NCBI GenBank assembly: GCA_028534125.1 | Contig: CM052832.1 | Location: 16,370,001-16,434,000, forward strand | Length of the DNA: 64,000 nt | Direction: 5' to 3' | DNA from: Lama glama | Taxonomy: Eukaryota | Part shown: positions 1 through 32,994 of the stretch, one piece after another | Layout of the letters: every line of letters begins with the position of its first letter | Position numbering within the stretch: position 1 is the stretch's first letter | Notes under the pieces: model-generated | Database searches by the model: none | What the model saw: the letters and a program-made list of their open reading frames with translations, nothing else | Told to the model about the DNA's origin: nothing | Translations under genes and position numbers: made by a program

Positions 1-260
1 AGGTGTTCCTACTTTAAGGAGAAAGACCATCTCCCGTGGGCTCCTGTCTTCCCTCTCGTCTGTTTTTGTAAGGTCTGTTGAAGTGGCTGGTCCTCATGGA
101 GTCCTTCTGTGTAGAACTCAAGGGTCTCCCTCCAGCAGTGATACTGTATTTTTAATGAGGCAGGGCAGGTCCCTCTGTGGACTGCTGCTTTGCGTTTCAT
201 CTCTTTCCTATTCTCCTGTCTGTCTGGCCTAAGGAAACAATAACTTTCTCCAAAATAAAC

Positions 261-266
261 TTTATT
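261..266 (-). terminator. Probable MSH5 poly(A) signal AATAAA
   Basis: tttatt on + strand, about 120 nt past the MSH5 stop codon. Confidence 0.7.
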
Positions 267-388
267 ACTAACAGAAAACAAAATTTACAGGGAAACTGAG
301 AACTCTAGGTCTGAAGGAGATAAGGAAACAAAGAGGGTCTGGCAGCCCCCCGGGGTCTGGGAGGCGGAGGAGGGCCGAGGAAGGACTC

Positions 389-15696
<15,308 letters not shown>

Positions 15697-18600
15697 GGCC
15701 TTGGAGGCTCTGCGGATGCAGAAAATTAACGCGGTTCTGGAGCGAGATGTCACCTGATGGGGGCGGGGTAGGGGGGCGCGCAGAAATGCAAAACCGCTGA
15801 GAACTAATCGGAGAGGGCTGAGGGGCAGGGCTGCGAGGGCCCTTGGAGCGCTGTGGTGACAGGTATAGGGCATTTGGAGGAGCGACTTCTCGAGTATTTC
15901 ACTAAAGTACAGACTGTAGAAAACTCCACTTGCCCCACCCTCATTTCTGTCAGGCGGAGGTTCTACTTTGTAGACGTTCTGAGGGCCCAGTGGGGCGAAT
16001 TGTGCACGCTTCCTCTCTCCACCACTGCCAAATAATTCCACAAGATCACAGCCTCACTTTCTTGACTTCCCCACCCAGTTGCGGACAACTCGCGGTGTTT
16101 TCCCGCCTTCTCAGTCACCTGGGTAGCGACGTGTGCAAGACCGCGCGTCACTGACCGCCGCTAACAGCCGCGAGCCTGCGGAGAGGGGTGCGCCGGCGCG
16201 AGGGTGGGGTGCGCGCGCATACGCCCCGCCTTCTTAGCCGCTATTCGTCGAAAGGATCCGGAAACTCCCTAGAGATCCAACAGAGAGAGAGGGAGGAGGG
16301 AACTGTAGAGAAGGCTGGACGGTGATTGGCCTATTTGCATACGGGGCGGTGCTAGAATGTACAAACTTCCCGCCCTCTGCCGTTGCTTAGCACCCGAGCC
16401 TCGCGCGATCGGGGTTTCTAGGCTTTGATTGACACGGGGTGGAGCCTGTGAGAATGTTCTTAACTGAGTTTGAGTTCGGGTCCCCGGAACATGTCTAGGG
16501 GCATTGCGGAATCCGGAGAGAAGGCCGACCTTAAAGGAACAGAGGCGCGTTTTTGGTTTTGTTTTGTTTTGTTTTCTGGAAAGTAGAGATAAGCAACATT
16601 AATTCAACTTGTGCCAACAATTCTAAGACTCTCTCCTCTCGGTGGGTGTGGCTGAAGAGAGGTGGTTGTCCCAAAGTATTTGCATATCAAAGCCGCAGAC
16701 GGCAGCCTCTGCCTTTGTGCCCCTCTCCCCCAACCCACTAGCACTGCATTCTCTGTCCCCCAAGAGAAGGTGATAGCATTCGAATTACACTAAATTCTTG
16801 CAGAAAGAACTAACCATGATAAGAACACCTACACCCCTATACTAACACATACACCTAAGGACAGAGGGTTTATCATTCATTCCCTTCTGGGCCAGGTGGT
16901 GGACTCAAAAGCAGAGAGCATAATTAAATCCCTGCTCCACCAGCCTAATTTTTGAGTGTGTGTGTGTAAGGGGAGAAGAAGCAAGGTGAAGGAGACAGAA
17001 ATAAACAATTATATACTTTAAAAAACTTCCCTTAAAATATATCTCCCCTCTAACTAACTGTTCTGGGTGCTCTGAGATGCGGAGATCCCACCCAAGAGTT
17101 TAGGAAAGATAGTGAGTGTAACCTGGCTCTGCTAACCAATGATTGGAAAATCCCACTTAGTGAGAAAGCTGGGAGAGTGAGTTAAGGGCTAAGTTAATGG
17201 TTACCCCTGGCAAATTGTTGAGCAATGAAGTTACGGAAAACTGGAGGCCAGGTGACAGCTCTAAGGAGTGTCGGGGAGGTACACACCTTCCAGTCTGGGG
17301 TGGGAAGAGATTAGGGACTGGTTTACCAAGCTGAGGAAGGGGAGGTAGTGGAGAAAGAAGCCTGGGGAAGGAAAGGGGAGATACTGAGACAGGAGAAAAG
17401 CAAAGGCAAGGAGATTAATACGGGAGGGAAACTTCTCTGATGCAGGATTTGGGGGTACAGCCCCTGGCTTCAAATCCATAAGGCACTGATGGATGGCACC
17501 AGGAGAGGGCAGTATTCCCTGTCACGTGGGAAATTAAGGCAAAATTCTTTGTGGGTAACCATACCAGCTAGCCAAAGTCAATATTGATGATCAAGGCAGC
17601 TCTAGCTGTAAAAAGCTGTAGGAGGGAAAAGAGGCAGGGGAGAAGCTGTCAAACCTGTTTGAGATCAGGGCTGGCCCCATTTGCCTGAGGCTTCTCCCAG
17701 AGGAGAGATTTTTGTGGGGCAAATTGACCACCTGGAGCAGAAGAGGACCCTAGGTAGTAGCTCTGCTTTGACCTCCCTTCCTCAGATGAAAGAGCTCTTG
17801 TGTGCAGATTTTGAGGATCACACATAAAGGAGATTCCTCCCCCCCAACAAATGCATACTCATTGACTCATTCTACATCCTTATAAGCTGTGATAATTCAA
17901 GGGAGCAAACACCACATATATTCCTTCTTTGGGGTGGAGAAACGCCTTCCCGCAGGGAGGAGAAAACCCACAGAAGAGGAAGCATAAGAGGAAACCACTA
18001 ACTGCTGGTTCGAGCACCTCTCTTCCCTCCACTCTCTCCTCCCCCAACTCTCTCCCTTTCTTTACGTTTTTAGCCCTGTTTTGCCCCTATGTCCTTACAC
18101 TCCACTATGTTTCTCTGAAACTGTAGGTGTGTTGCTAGACAGAAGGTGGTGGGGAGGAAAAAGATGGTTAGATAGGAGAGAGAGTCAGATGTAGAGGCTG
18201 GCCTATGTCCAGTTCAGAGGACATATTTTTGGGCTATTTTTCAACAGACCATAAAGAGTTTGCTAGAACCTCCAAAATTAAGGTTATTGGGAAGGAAGAG
18301 AGCTATTCTTCTGTCCTCCCTACTTCTCTAATTGTATCCCCAAGGACTCCACTCACACTATCCTGTCTAATCTTCACTTTTTTCCCCATTGTTAGGACTA
18401 GCTACCACCAAGCCCTTAGGATCAGGGCAGAGCTATCCTGGGGCCACAACAACCCCAGGCTCCTACCCTATCTCCAAGGTAACGTGTCAGTGAGAAAAAA
18501 GGACAAGGGGCACAGGAAGGGGCCCCAGATGGCTGATCAGGCTACTGAGTGGTAGCGGACCTCCCCCAGTGGTTAGGCAGCTTCCTGTTTCCCCAACACG

Positions 18601-18999
18601 AGCCTGATTATCTCCCTTCCCCGCCCCTGCCCTACATTTCACCACGCTTTTCCCAACCCCAGCTTCCACTTCCAAGTCCCTTTCCTGGACCACAGTCCTA
18701 GGAACCCAGACTTTGGACTGGAGTCCGAAGGCAAGGTGGAAAAAGGAATAAACCACCACCTTTCCCTTCTATAATTCCCTCTCTGGGCCGTCAGGGACGT
18801 GCTAAAGCAGTGGGTGTCCGGTTTCTTGTGTGAGGGTGGAGGGAGCGTGTCCTCTGATGAGTGAAGCAGGGAAACTGAGGCAGAAAAAGTTCTGTGTTCA
18901 GGGAGACTGACGGAGAAACAAACTTCCCAGGATTCCCTCTCCTCGATACCCTCCTCCTCGATCATCTGGAAGACCTGAGGATCTCCCTTCCGACCCACT

Positions 19000-19302
19000 C
19001 CCTGAATCGTCCCGCCCCCCGCCGGTCCCCTCCCCAAGTTCAGGGCGGGGCGGTCTGTGAGTCAGCGGCTCCCCGATCCGACCCGGGAGGGGGCAGAGCT
19101 AGGGTGTGGAGGACGCTGGACCGGTCGGGAGGCCGCGTCTGGTGTGAGCGGGTCTGATCGGGCTAGTGCGGCGCTGAAGGGCCAGACCTAGGTCTAGGGG
19201 AGAGATTCTCTTCAGTGAGACCCGCCTTCCCTGGCCCCGGCCCCGGCCCCGGCCCCTCCCAGTTCCCCCAGCGACGGTCGCTTCCTGGTCCCCGTCGCAA
19301 CC
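19000..19302 (+). promoter_or_regulatory. CLIC1 proximal promoter / 5' UTR
   Basis: CpG-rich; tandem GGGCGGGGCGG boxes at ~19043; AP-1/ARE-like TGAGTCAGC at 19058-19066. Confidence 0.7.
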
Positions 19303-24201
<4,899 letters not shown>

Positions 24202-24539
24202 GTCCCTACTGGGGTTCCCTCACCCACCTCCATTTTCTCCATCAAGGCCCTGGATCATTTGTTTCCACATGGCTACCCAATGGACACACTCCAAAATGGC
24301 CGGTGTACAGAGAATCCTGGTGCAGGGCTTGCTGTGGGGTGATGAGGAGAAAGGATGGGGGATATGGGTGAGATTTTTATTGTGGGGTCGGGCGGATAGG
24401 ACAATGTATTTCAATAATAAAATACAGAAGGAAAATTCAGTGTTTTTACACAAAGGGGCTTGAAGTGTGAGTAACATGGAATGAAGGGTGGGTAAGTGAC
24501 CTTGAGCTCCGAGCAGAAGCCGGGAATTTAGAAGAGGGG

Positions 24540-25300
24540 TGCTTGTGATGGGGCTGCCATTTTTAGTGCTGGTTCACCGTTGAGCTGTCTTGCGCTCCAT
24601 GTCGCATTTGCAGCCCAGCCGCAAGAGCCTGTCAGATCTGGGTGGGCCTGGGCAACGCTCTTGGGGCGGGGCTGAATTCAAAGACGGGGGTGGGAGGGGC
24701 GCAGTCCGGATAGAGTGGGCGCGGCGTAGCAGGGCGGAATGGGCGTGACCTCGAGGAGCCCCGCCTCGTCCCGCTTAGACAATGCCCCGGAGCCGCCAGA
24801 TCGTCGCGACCCCGCCCCACTGTAGTACTTGAGCTCGCCTACCCGGGGACCCCTCAAAGCCAAAGCTCCAACCCTCAAGGCTTGAAGACTAGGACTCTTC
24901 TTCACCAACTCTGTCCTCAGGGGGGTGGGGCCGCAGCCAAGATCACAGCGGCAGGAGTGGGGGTGGCCGCTAGAGGTGAGTCTGGGGTGGGAGGTGGCCC
25001 TTGGATCATGTGAGGGCCAGAGTTTGGGGGTGAGGGACCCGTGCTTGTGCTGGACAGTGCGAAGGGTCGATATTTGGGTGCGGAGCTGAGTGGGAGTGGA
25101 CTTTGGGGAAGATAGATCAGAAGACTTGGGGACCGGGTCCTGGTGCCCAGAGTGGCGCCGGCTCCCCAGAACCACGCCCCCGGTTTCCCCGCCCCTCGGA
25201 TTTCGTTTTAGACCTCTCCCAGTCCTCCGGGACTCAGTCTGGTTTACACTGGGTCGCGGTAGGAACGGAGTGACCGGTCGGGGTGGAGAGAGGATGTTTA
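24540..25300 (+). promoter_or_regulatory. CpG island / DDAH2 promoter directly downstream of the CLIC1 poly(A) site
   Basis: CpG-rich; several GC boxes; YY1-like GCCATTTT at ~24556. Confidence 0.7.
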
Positions 25301-25878
25301 ACTCCTTAGTCTCTAATTCCTCCCTCCTTGTCCCTCTCTCCCTTTCTCATTCGGACGTTTAGGACTTCCATCCTCCAGGCCTTGACTCTCCCCAGCTGTC
25401 TCCTGACCCAAAACCTCTGTGGGCCCCTCGCCACAAGTCGGGTCCCTAAGGCAGCGAGCAGCTGAGGGTTAAGGGGGCGGGGCCGCTACATTTTTGGGGA
25501 GTGAGCGCATCCTAGCGGTTGCCAAGAGGGGCGCCTGGCAGGGACCTTTCGAAGCCCCCGAGCAGGGGCAACAGGTGTTTTGGAGATTAGGGATCCCGAT
25601 CTTTTTCCTCGGACTCCCCCTAAAGCAGCAGACCCACGAGGGTGTGGGGTGGAGTGGGGTCGGCAGAAGAGGAACGTCTGGAGGGGGTGGGGTGGAGTGG
25701 GTGGGGCACCCGGAGATGGCAGGAGGAAGACCTGGGCGCTCTTAACCACCACCCCCTACACACTTTTCTGCATGTTTCTTTCTCTGCTTCCCCCCTTTCT
25801 TTTTCTTCTCCCAGACAGGTGAAGTAAAAAGAAAACTAAGAAATCAGCGCGGCCGGAGGGGGCGTCTGTGTGGATGGG

Positions 25879-27899
<2,021 letters not shown>

Positions 27900-28419
27900 G
27901 AGCCTGGCCTTGGGGTCCTGGCTGGCCAGGGGTAGGGTGGCACAGGAGTAGAAGGGGAAGGAGGATTCAATAGAGGATGGTGAACAGTAGTAGTGGGGAG
28001 AGGGCCCCAAGATGGAGGGAGGGCATAATGTAACGAAAAGGATAGGGGCCACTGGGTAAGTCCTTTCCCCAAGAGCTAATAAAATAGAACTGACCTTTTA
28101 GACTGGGCTGTGACTGGTGTCTTACTGGGGCAGAAGGACAAGGGCAGGGCTGAAACCTGAGGTTAGGTCAGTGCTGGGAAGGAGGCCTCTTTCATTCATC
28201 AAACCCTCTCTTGGCACTAACTCATGGTCCAGCCCTATCAGAGGTGTTTGGCCACAAAATGGACAGGACAGAACTTCTGTGGTGGGGAGCACATACAGGG
28301 CAGAGAAGAGAAAATACGAGTGAATCAACCACTGCATTTATCTAAATGTCAGATGATTCAGAGAATAGGAGATTAACAGTCCATCCGTAATTCATAGGAG
28401 GAAATAACATTTCCAGGGA

Positions 28420-29700
28420 CATTTATTTTCACTCATTTACTGAAGCTTAGCAGTGATACAAAAAGGGTTAATCTCTTGATATCAGGGAACTCACGGTACA
28501 TGAAAATTTCTTATAAATTGAAATATGGGTTGTAATGGAGCAATTCACAGCAGGCTATGAGAGAAATAAGGGGACCCTCTAGGAAATCAAAGTGTATGCA
28601 GGGATGGGCAAAGAGGGACAGGGATCACTTCCCAGAAAAGGCTATGCTTGAACTGAGTCCTGAGGATAAATAATAGCCAGGCATACAGTGGGAAGGAGAC
28701 AAAGGGTAATTAATCTAGGAAGAAGGAACTGCATTGGGCAAATGCATATTTGGGGCTGGGGAGACTTTCTCTACAGCTGTCATGTTCTATGCATGTGAGT
28801 GACAGAGATAAGCCTGGAAAGTAGGTCGAGAGCTGTAGCACCTTGTACCCAAATCTGAGGACTGTGGACCCAGAGCTGAAATACTGCAGTTCTGAAACAC
28901 AGGCGGTCAGGAGCAGGTTAGCATCTGGGAAAGATCTTAAGCAAGGGTAGGAGGATGAGGTGGGGCTATGGGCAATCTAAGGAGGAAACGAGGAGATGAA
29001 ATTCAGGTGGCAGTACTGGGCATGAAGAGGGTGTGGATTTGACTGTGACATTAAAATAGAAAGGCAGGACTTGGTTAATTGTGTGGGAATGAGAGGTGTA
29101 CATGACTCCCAGTTTCTGGCTTAGGCAACTGGGTTGATCAAGAGAGAATGCACAGGAGGAAGGGTTAAATTAAGTAAGTGGCTTGGGAGATGACGGTGAG
29201 TTGGGTTTTGGACCTGCTGTGTGCAAAATGCCTAGGGCCAGCCAGGCAGGGATGTCTGAGGGACAGTTTGGCAATCCCATATCAGGGATCTGAGCTAGAA
29301 AGAGTTCTGGCTGTTGTTTGCAGAGGTGAAGGCTGAGGACTGGCTGTTGATCATAGTGTCCCAGAAGAGGGAGAAGGCAGATAAAGACAGGGACAAACCT
29401 AGAATGGTGGGGAATACTGTAGGGGAGAGAGAGCAAGGAAGAGGATTCCAGAAGGAAGATATCAACATTAAAGAAAAACAGCTTAAAGATGAGAGTAATC
29501 AAAGGCCAAGCCAGATGAATGATAAAAAATGTCTACTGAGTGTAGCTATTAGGACATCACTGGCAATCTCATGGAGAGGGGGTGAGCAGTGGGAGTTGAC
29601 TGAAGAAAATGGAAGAGCTAGGTGTAGGCCACTGGTGGAAAGAGCTTGACTGCGGAGAGAGGGAAAGAGAGAGGGCAGTAATCTAGGAGTTGTAGATACC
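28420..29700 (+). mobile_element. Degenerate L2 fragments
   Basis: L2-like phrases (CTTGAACTGAGTCCTGAGGATAAAT, ATGACTCCCAGTTTCTGGCTTAGGCAACTGGGT, GTGAGTTGGGTTTTGGAC); boundaries approximate. Confidence 0.55.
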
Positions 29701-29950
29701 TCAACATGGGGAAGCAGGGCTTGATCAGCTCTAGAAAGGAAATCAGTGGTGAAGGAGACATGAAAGTTGTGGGTAAGGAAGGAAGAAGATCAGTGACAGG
29801 GATAGCCTGGAGCCCAGCTCTCCTGACTCCCAGTCTAGTGCTCATTTCTATCTCAAAGTGTCTTCCTTTCCCACGTGAAGGGCCAAGAAGGGGAGGGTTA
29901 TGGAGACCTGGGAGCCCCCAGCTTGTGAGGTTTGGAGTAAGGAGTTCCTT

Positions 29951-31661
29951 TCAAACTACAACAGCATAGATGGTGGAGGCATCAGCTGGGGCCACTGGGG
30001 ACAGTCGGCAGGGCCTTCTGAGGGCCATATGATCCAGGTCTGCGTACAGCAGGCTCTGAAAGGTGGGGAGGAAGGCAGGAGGGTCTCAGAAGTCTGACTC
30101 CCTTGGGGATCCAGGCCTCTGTCTTTCTTGATCCACTTTACCCAGGGATTCTGACCAGCCTCCTTTCCATCCCCAAGCCCTTACCGACTCTTGATCCAGG
30201 CCCCCTGAAATCTTTGGCTCCTCCTCCTCTACTGGCCTCTGGGGCTCGGCTTTCACGAGTGGAACTATGTGGGGGGGACAGAGCTGAAGAATTGAGAGAA
30301 GGTAACCAACTTGTCTGCTCCCAGCAAGGGCTAAGACTCCGGCATTGGGTAGGGAATGTGCGGAGAAGGAAAATGGGGTGGAGTTAGTCTCACCAAATCT
30401 GGGCAGCGGTCGAGGCGGGTGAGGGGGCGAGGGCGGGTGAGGGGGCGAGCGCCTGTAAGGATGGATAAAAGTATTTGAGAGCCACCAGTCTTGTCTCGCT
30501 AGTCCTGGGCCCCAGGACTCACCAACAACAACCCACCAGCTCGGTGCAGGCTCAGACCCACAAAACAATTTAAGCCCCACCCCCACAGATAGTTCCGCCC
30601 ACGCTCTGAGCCTGCTCCGCCTCTAGCTCGCTTTCCTAGCCAGGGCTCCACCCACCAGCTCGTGGCTTCGCCAAGCTCTGACCTCCTCCATTCTTCTCCA
30701 AACCAGACCCCAGGGCTCCAGATCAAGCTTTTGTCTGCAAAAGTTGTGGTCCTGCCCCTCCCGCCTCCGGTGAAATCCCGCCCCCGGTGAAATCCCGCCC
30801 CTCGTGCTCACCTGCGCAGCCACCAGACCAAGCCCAGCGCTCCGAGTCCCAGCACCAACCCAACGCTTAGCAGCGGGATCAGGATCTGGGGATACACTGA
30901 CCCGAAGGGAATGTTGGAGGCGGGGTGGCGGTGGATGCCAAGGTCAAGGGTGCGAGGACAGCTAGGTCTCCTACTCAGGAATCCCCAGCCACGGCCTCCC
31001 TCCCTGCCGGGGTCGTGTGTCCGGGTTAAGTCTCTTGTATATGAAGTCCTAGACCTACCTTGGGTAGGCTCCGGAGCTCTGCAATTGGCCAGATCCCCCA
31101 GCACGTGAAGCACCGTTCGACTCTCTCCCTGGTGCTGGCCCTTGCAGATAAAGGTGCCCGAGTCCCCGGTGCTCAGAAGCAGCTCCAGCCGCCTGATATC
31201 AAGGTCCAGAGCCCGTAGGCGACTAGCAAAGGGCTGAACGGGAGACGCGGTGGGGGTCCCGCTCGGTGAGGCCCACAGGATCGGGCGACGTCCTTTGGAC
31301 AGACCCTTGCAGGCGGGGAAGCTAGGTGCCCAGACCCAGCGGCTGGGTTGCGATACCCCTTCACAGGAGAGATTCACCCTGTCCCCAGGGCGGCCGACCA
31401 GGGAAGCTAGGGGAGGCCAGAGGTAGTGGTTAGGAAAAGTCCACAGGGCGAGACGACCCCTCACTTACGTCTGCTCTCCTCTCGTTCCTTCTGCTCTCCA
31501 GCCATCCCGGATCTTCCCACACACATCCCACTCCTCCTAGTCATCCCCGCCCCCTGCCTCAGTCCTTCCTCGCCATTCTGACTTTCCCGGGATGGCTTAC
31601 CCCCGGGGCTCCCGTGGGCCCTCGACAGCAGCAGCGGTAGCAGCTGCAGAACCAGGGCCAT
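29951..31661 (-). CDS. MPIG6B: Megakaryocyte/platelet inhibitory receptor G6b-B, 6 exons, ~245 aa
   Basis: Exons 31661-31601, 31406-31059, 30896-30812 (shifted acceptor, see findings), 30452-30394, 30264-30185, 30055-29951. Signal peptide, IgV (VNLSC...W...DSGTFIC), TM, ITIM LLYADL and ITSM TIYAVV*. Confidence 0.95.
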
Positions 31662-31699
31662 AGCTGGAATGTGATGGTAAGAGGCGGCGAATGAATCAG

Positions 31700-31830
31700 C
31701 GGAGGACACCGGAGGGAAACCGGAGGTGGGGGTGGACAGGGAGACCGCAGGTCTGGGGGCTCTGATAAGGGGTGAGGGCGGGGCCACCAGCTGCCCGGAT
31801 CCCTCTGGGAATCTTCCCAGGCAAGTTCAT
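31700..31830 (-). promoter_or_regulatory. MPIG6B promoter with GATA, GC box and E-box
   Basis: TGATAA at 31763-31768, GGGCGGGG at ~31776, CAGCTG at ~31788; consistent with a megakaryocytic promoter. Confidence 0.5.
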
Positions 31831-32994
31831 AGCCCTCAACCAATGCTCACTTAAAATTCCTAGTGGGGCCATTTTCACCAACACTACCGCAGACTTTAAC
31901 AGCTGCAGCGTCGCAGGTGCCTAATACACCACGATTTCTAGATCCCCACTGAGTTGAAATCTTGACTTTGCCATATACTAGATGCATGATGTGCACAAGT
32001 CGTGTAATTTCTCTGGGCTTGTTGACATCATCTATAAAATGGGGATAAAAACACCTACCTTGTAGAGTATTGTGAGAATTAAGTAATACACCGAAAATGC
32101 CTAGAACAATGGCTGAGACATAGGAGCACTATGTACTTGCCATTATTACCATTTCTGTTCTTATTTTAGCTGCTACCTCACCTCTCTGTGCCCACACTGT
32201 CCCTCCCAGCCGTTAGTGCCGCGTCCAAATTGGCAGGTTTTGATTGAGGAGGTGCTTTGGAGCAGGTGCAAAGTCCCACACCCAGGACTTCATCAGCCCT
32301 CACCAGACTGGAGCAACCAAGTCCAGGCCAAGCCCAAGTGGAGCCAGAGCCAGGACCTGAGAACCTTCAGGGGGCCTGAGGCAACCCTTCCTTAGCAGGC
32401 AGCTCCATCCCATGCCTCTGCTGCTATGACATCACAGAAGTCCTTGGTGACATCACAAACCCTTCATCCCGTGGCTGAGCAGGGGTTGGGAAGACCAAGT
32501 AGGGGCTGAAATGAGGTTAATTTGGTGCTCAATTTCTGCCCACATGCCCCTACCAATGCCCACCGGGGATTAAATTTGGCACTCAGCTTGGGCCATACCC
32601 CATTGTTCATTTCTCAGGAACCAGCAGATGCTACCACCACAGCCACTGTAACATCACAGGGGCCTTTGGTGATACTTCTTCAGAGGACTAGGCAGGAGGG
32701 GATATTACTCTTGGGGGCCAGGAGGGTGTGTCTTGGACTGAAACCAAGAACCAAAATGGAGTTGGCCACTAGTGCACCTACCCTCCCCACCTCTCTCTCC
32801 CATCCCCATCCCCACTCCCTCACTGGGCCCTGCTTAGCCCCTCCCTAAATGGGGAGGGAGGGGCCACCAGAGTCAGGAAAGGGAGGGACCGTTGGAATTA
32901 TAAATTCCAAAAAGGCCACTCAACTCCCAGAACCCAACCCGGAAATTCTACTCTGTCGGCTGCTGCTACCACTACCACTTTCAAGACGCTCACC

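Noticed and set aside
254..266. AATAAA-C-TTTATT palindrome as a bidirectional poly(A) site
   Set aside because: No + strand transcript is identifiable in the window, and such palindromes arise easily in AT-rich 3' ends.
15697..16041. N-terminal extension of MSH5 from ORF 15502-16041
   Set aside because: It crosses an acceptor (AG at 15711-15710) into intron 1; the conserved start is 15696.
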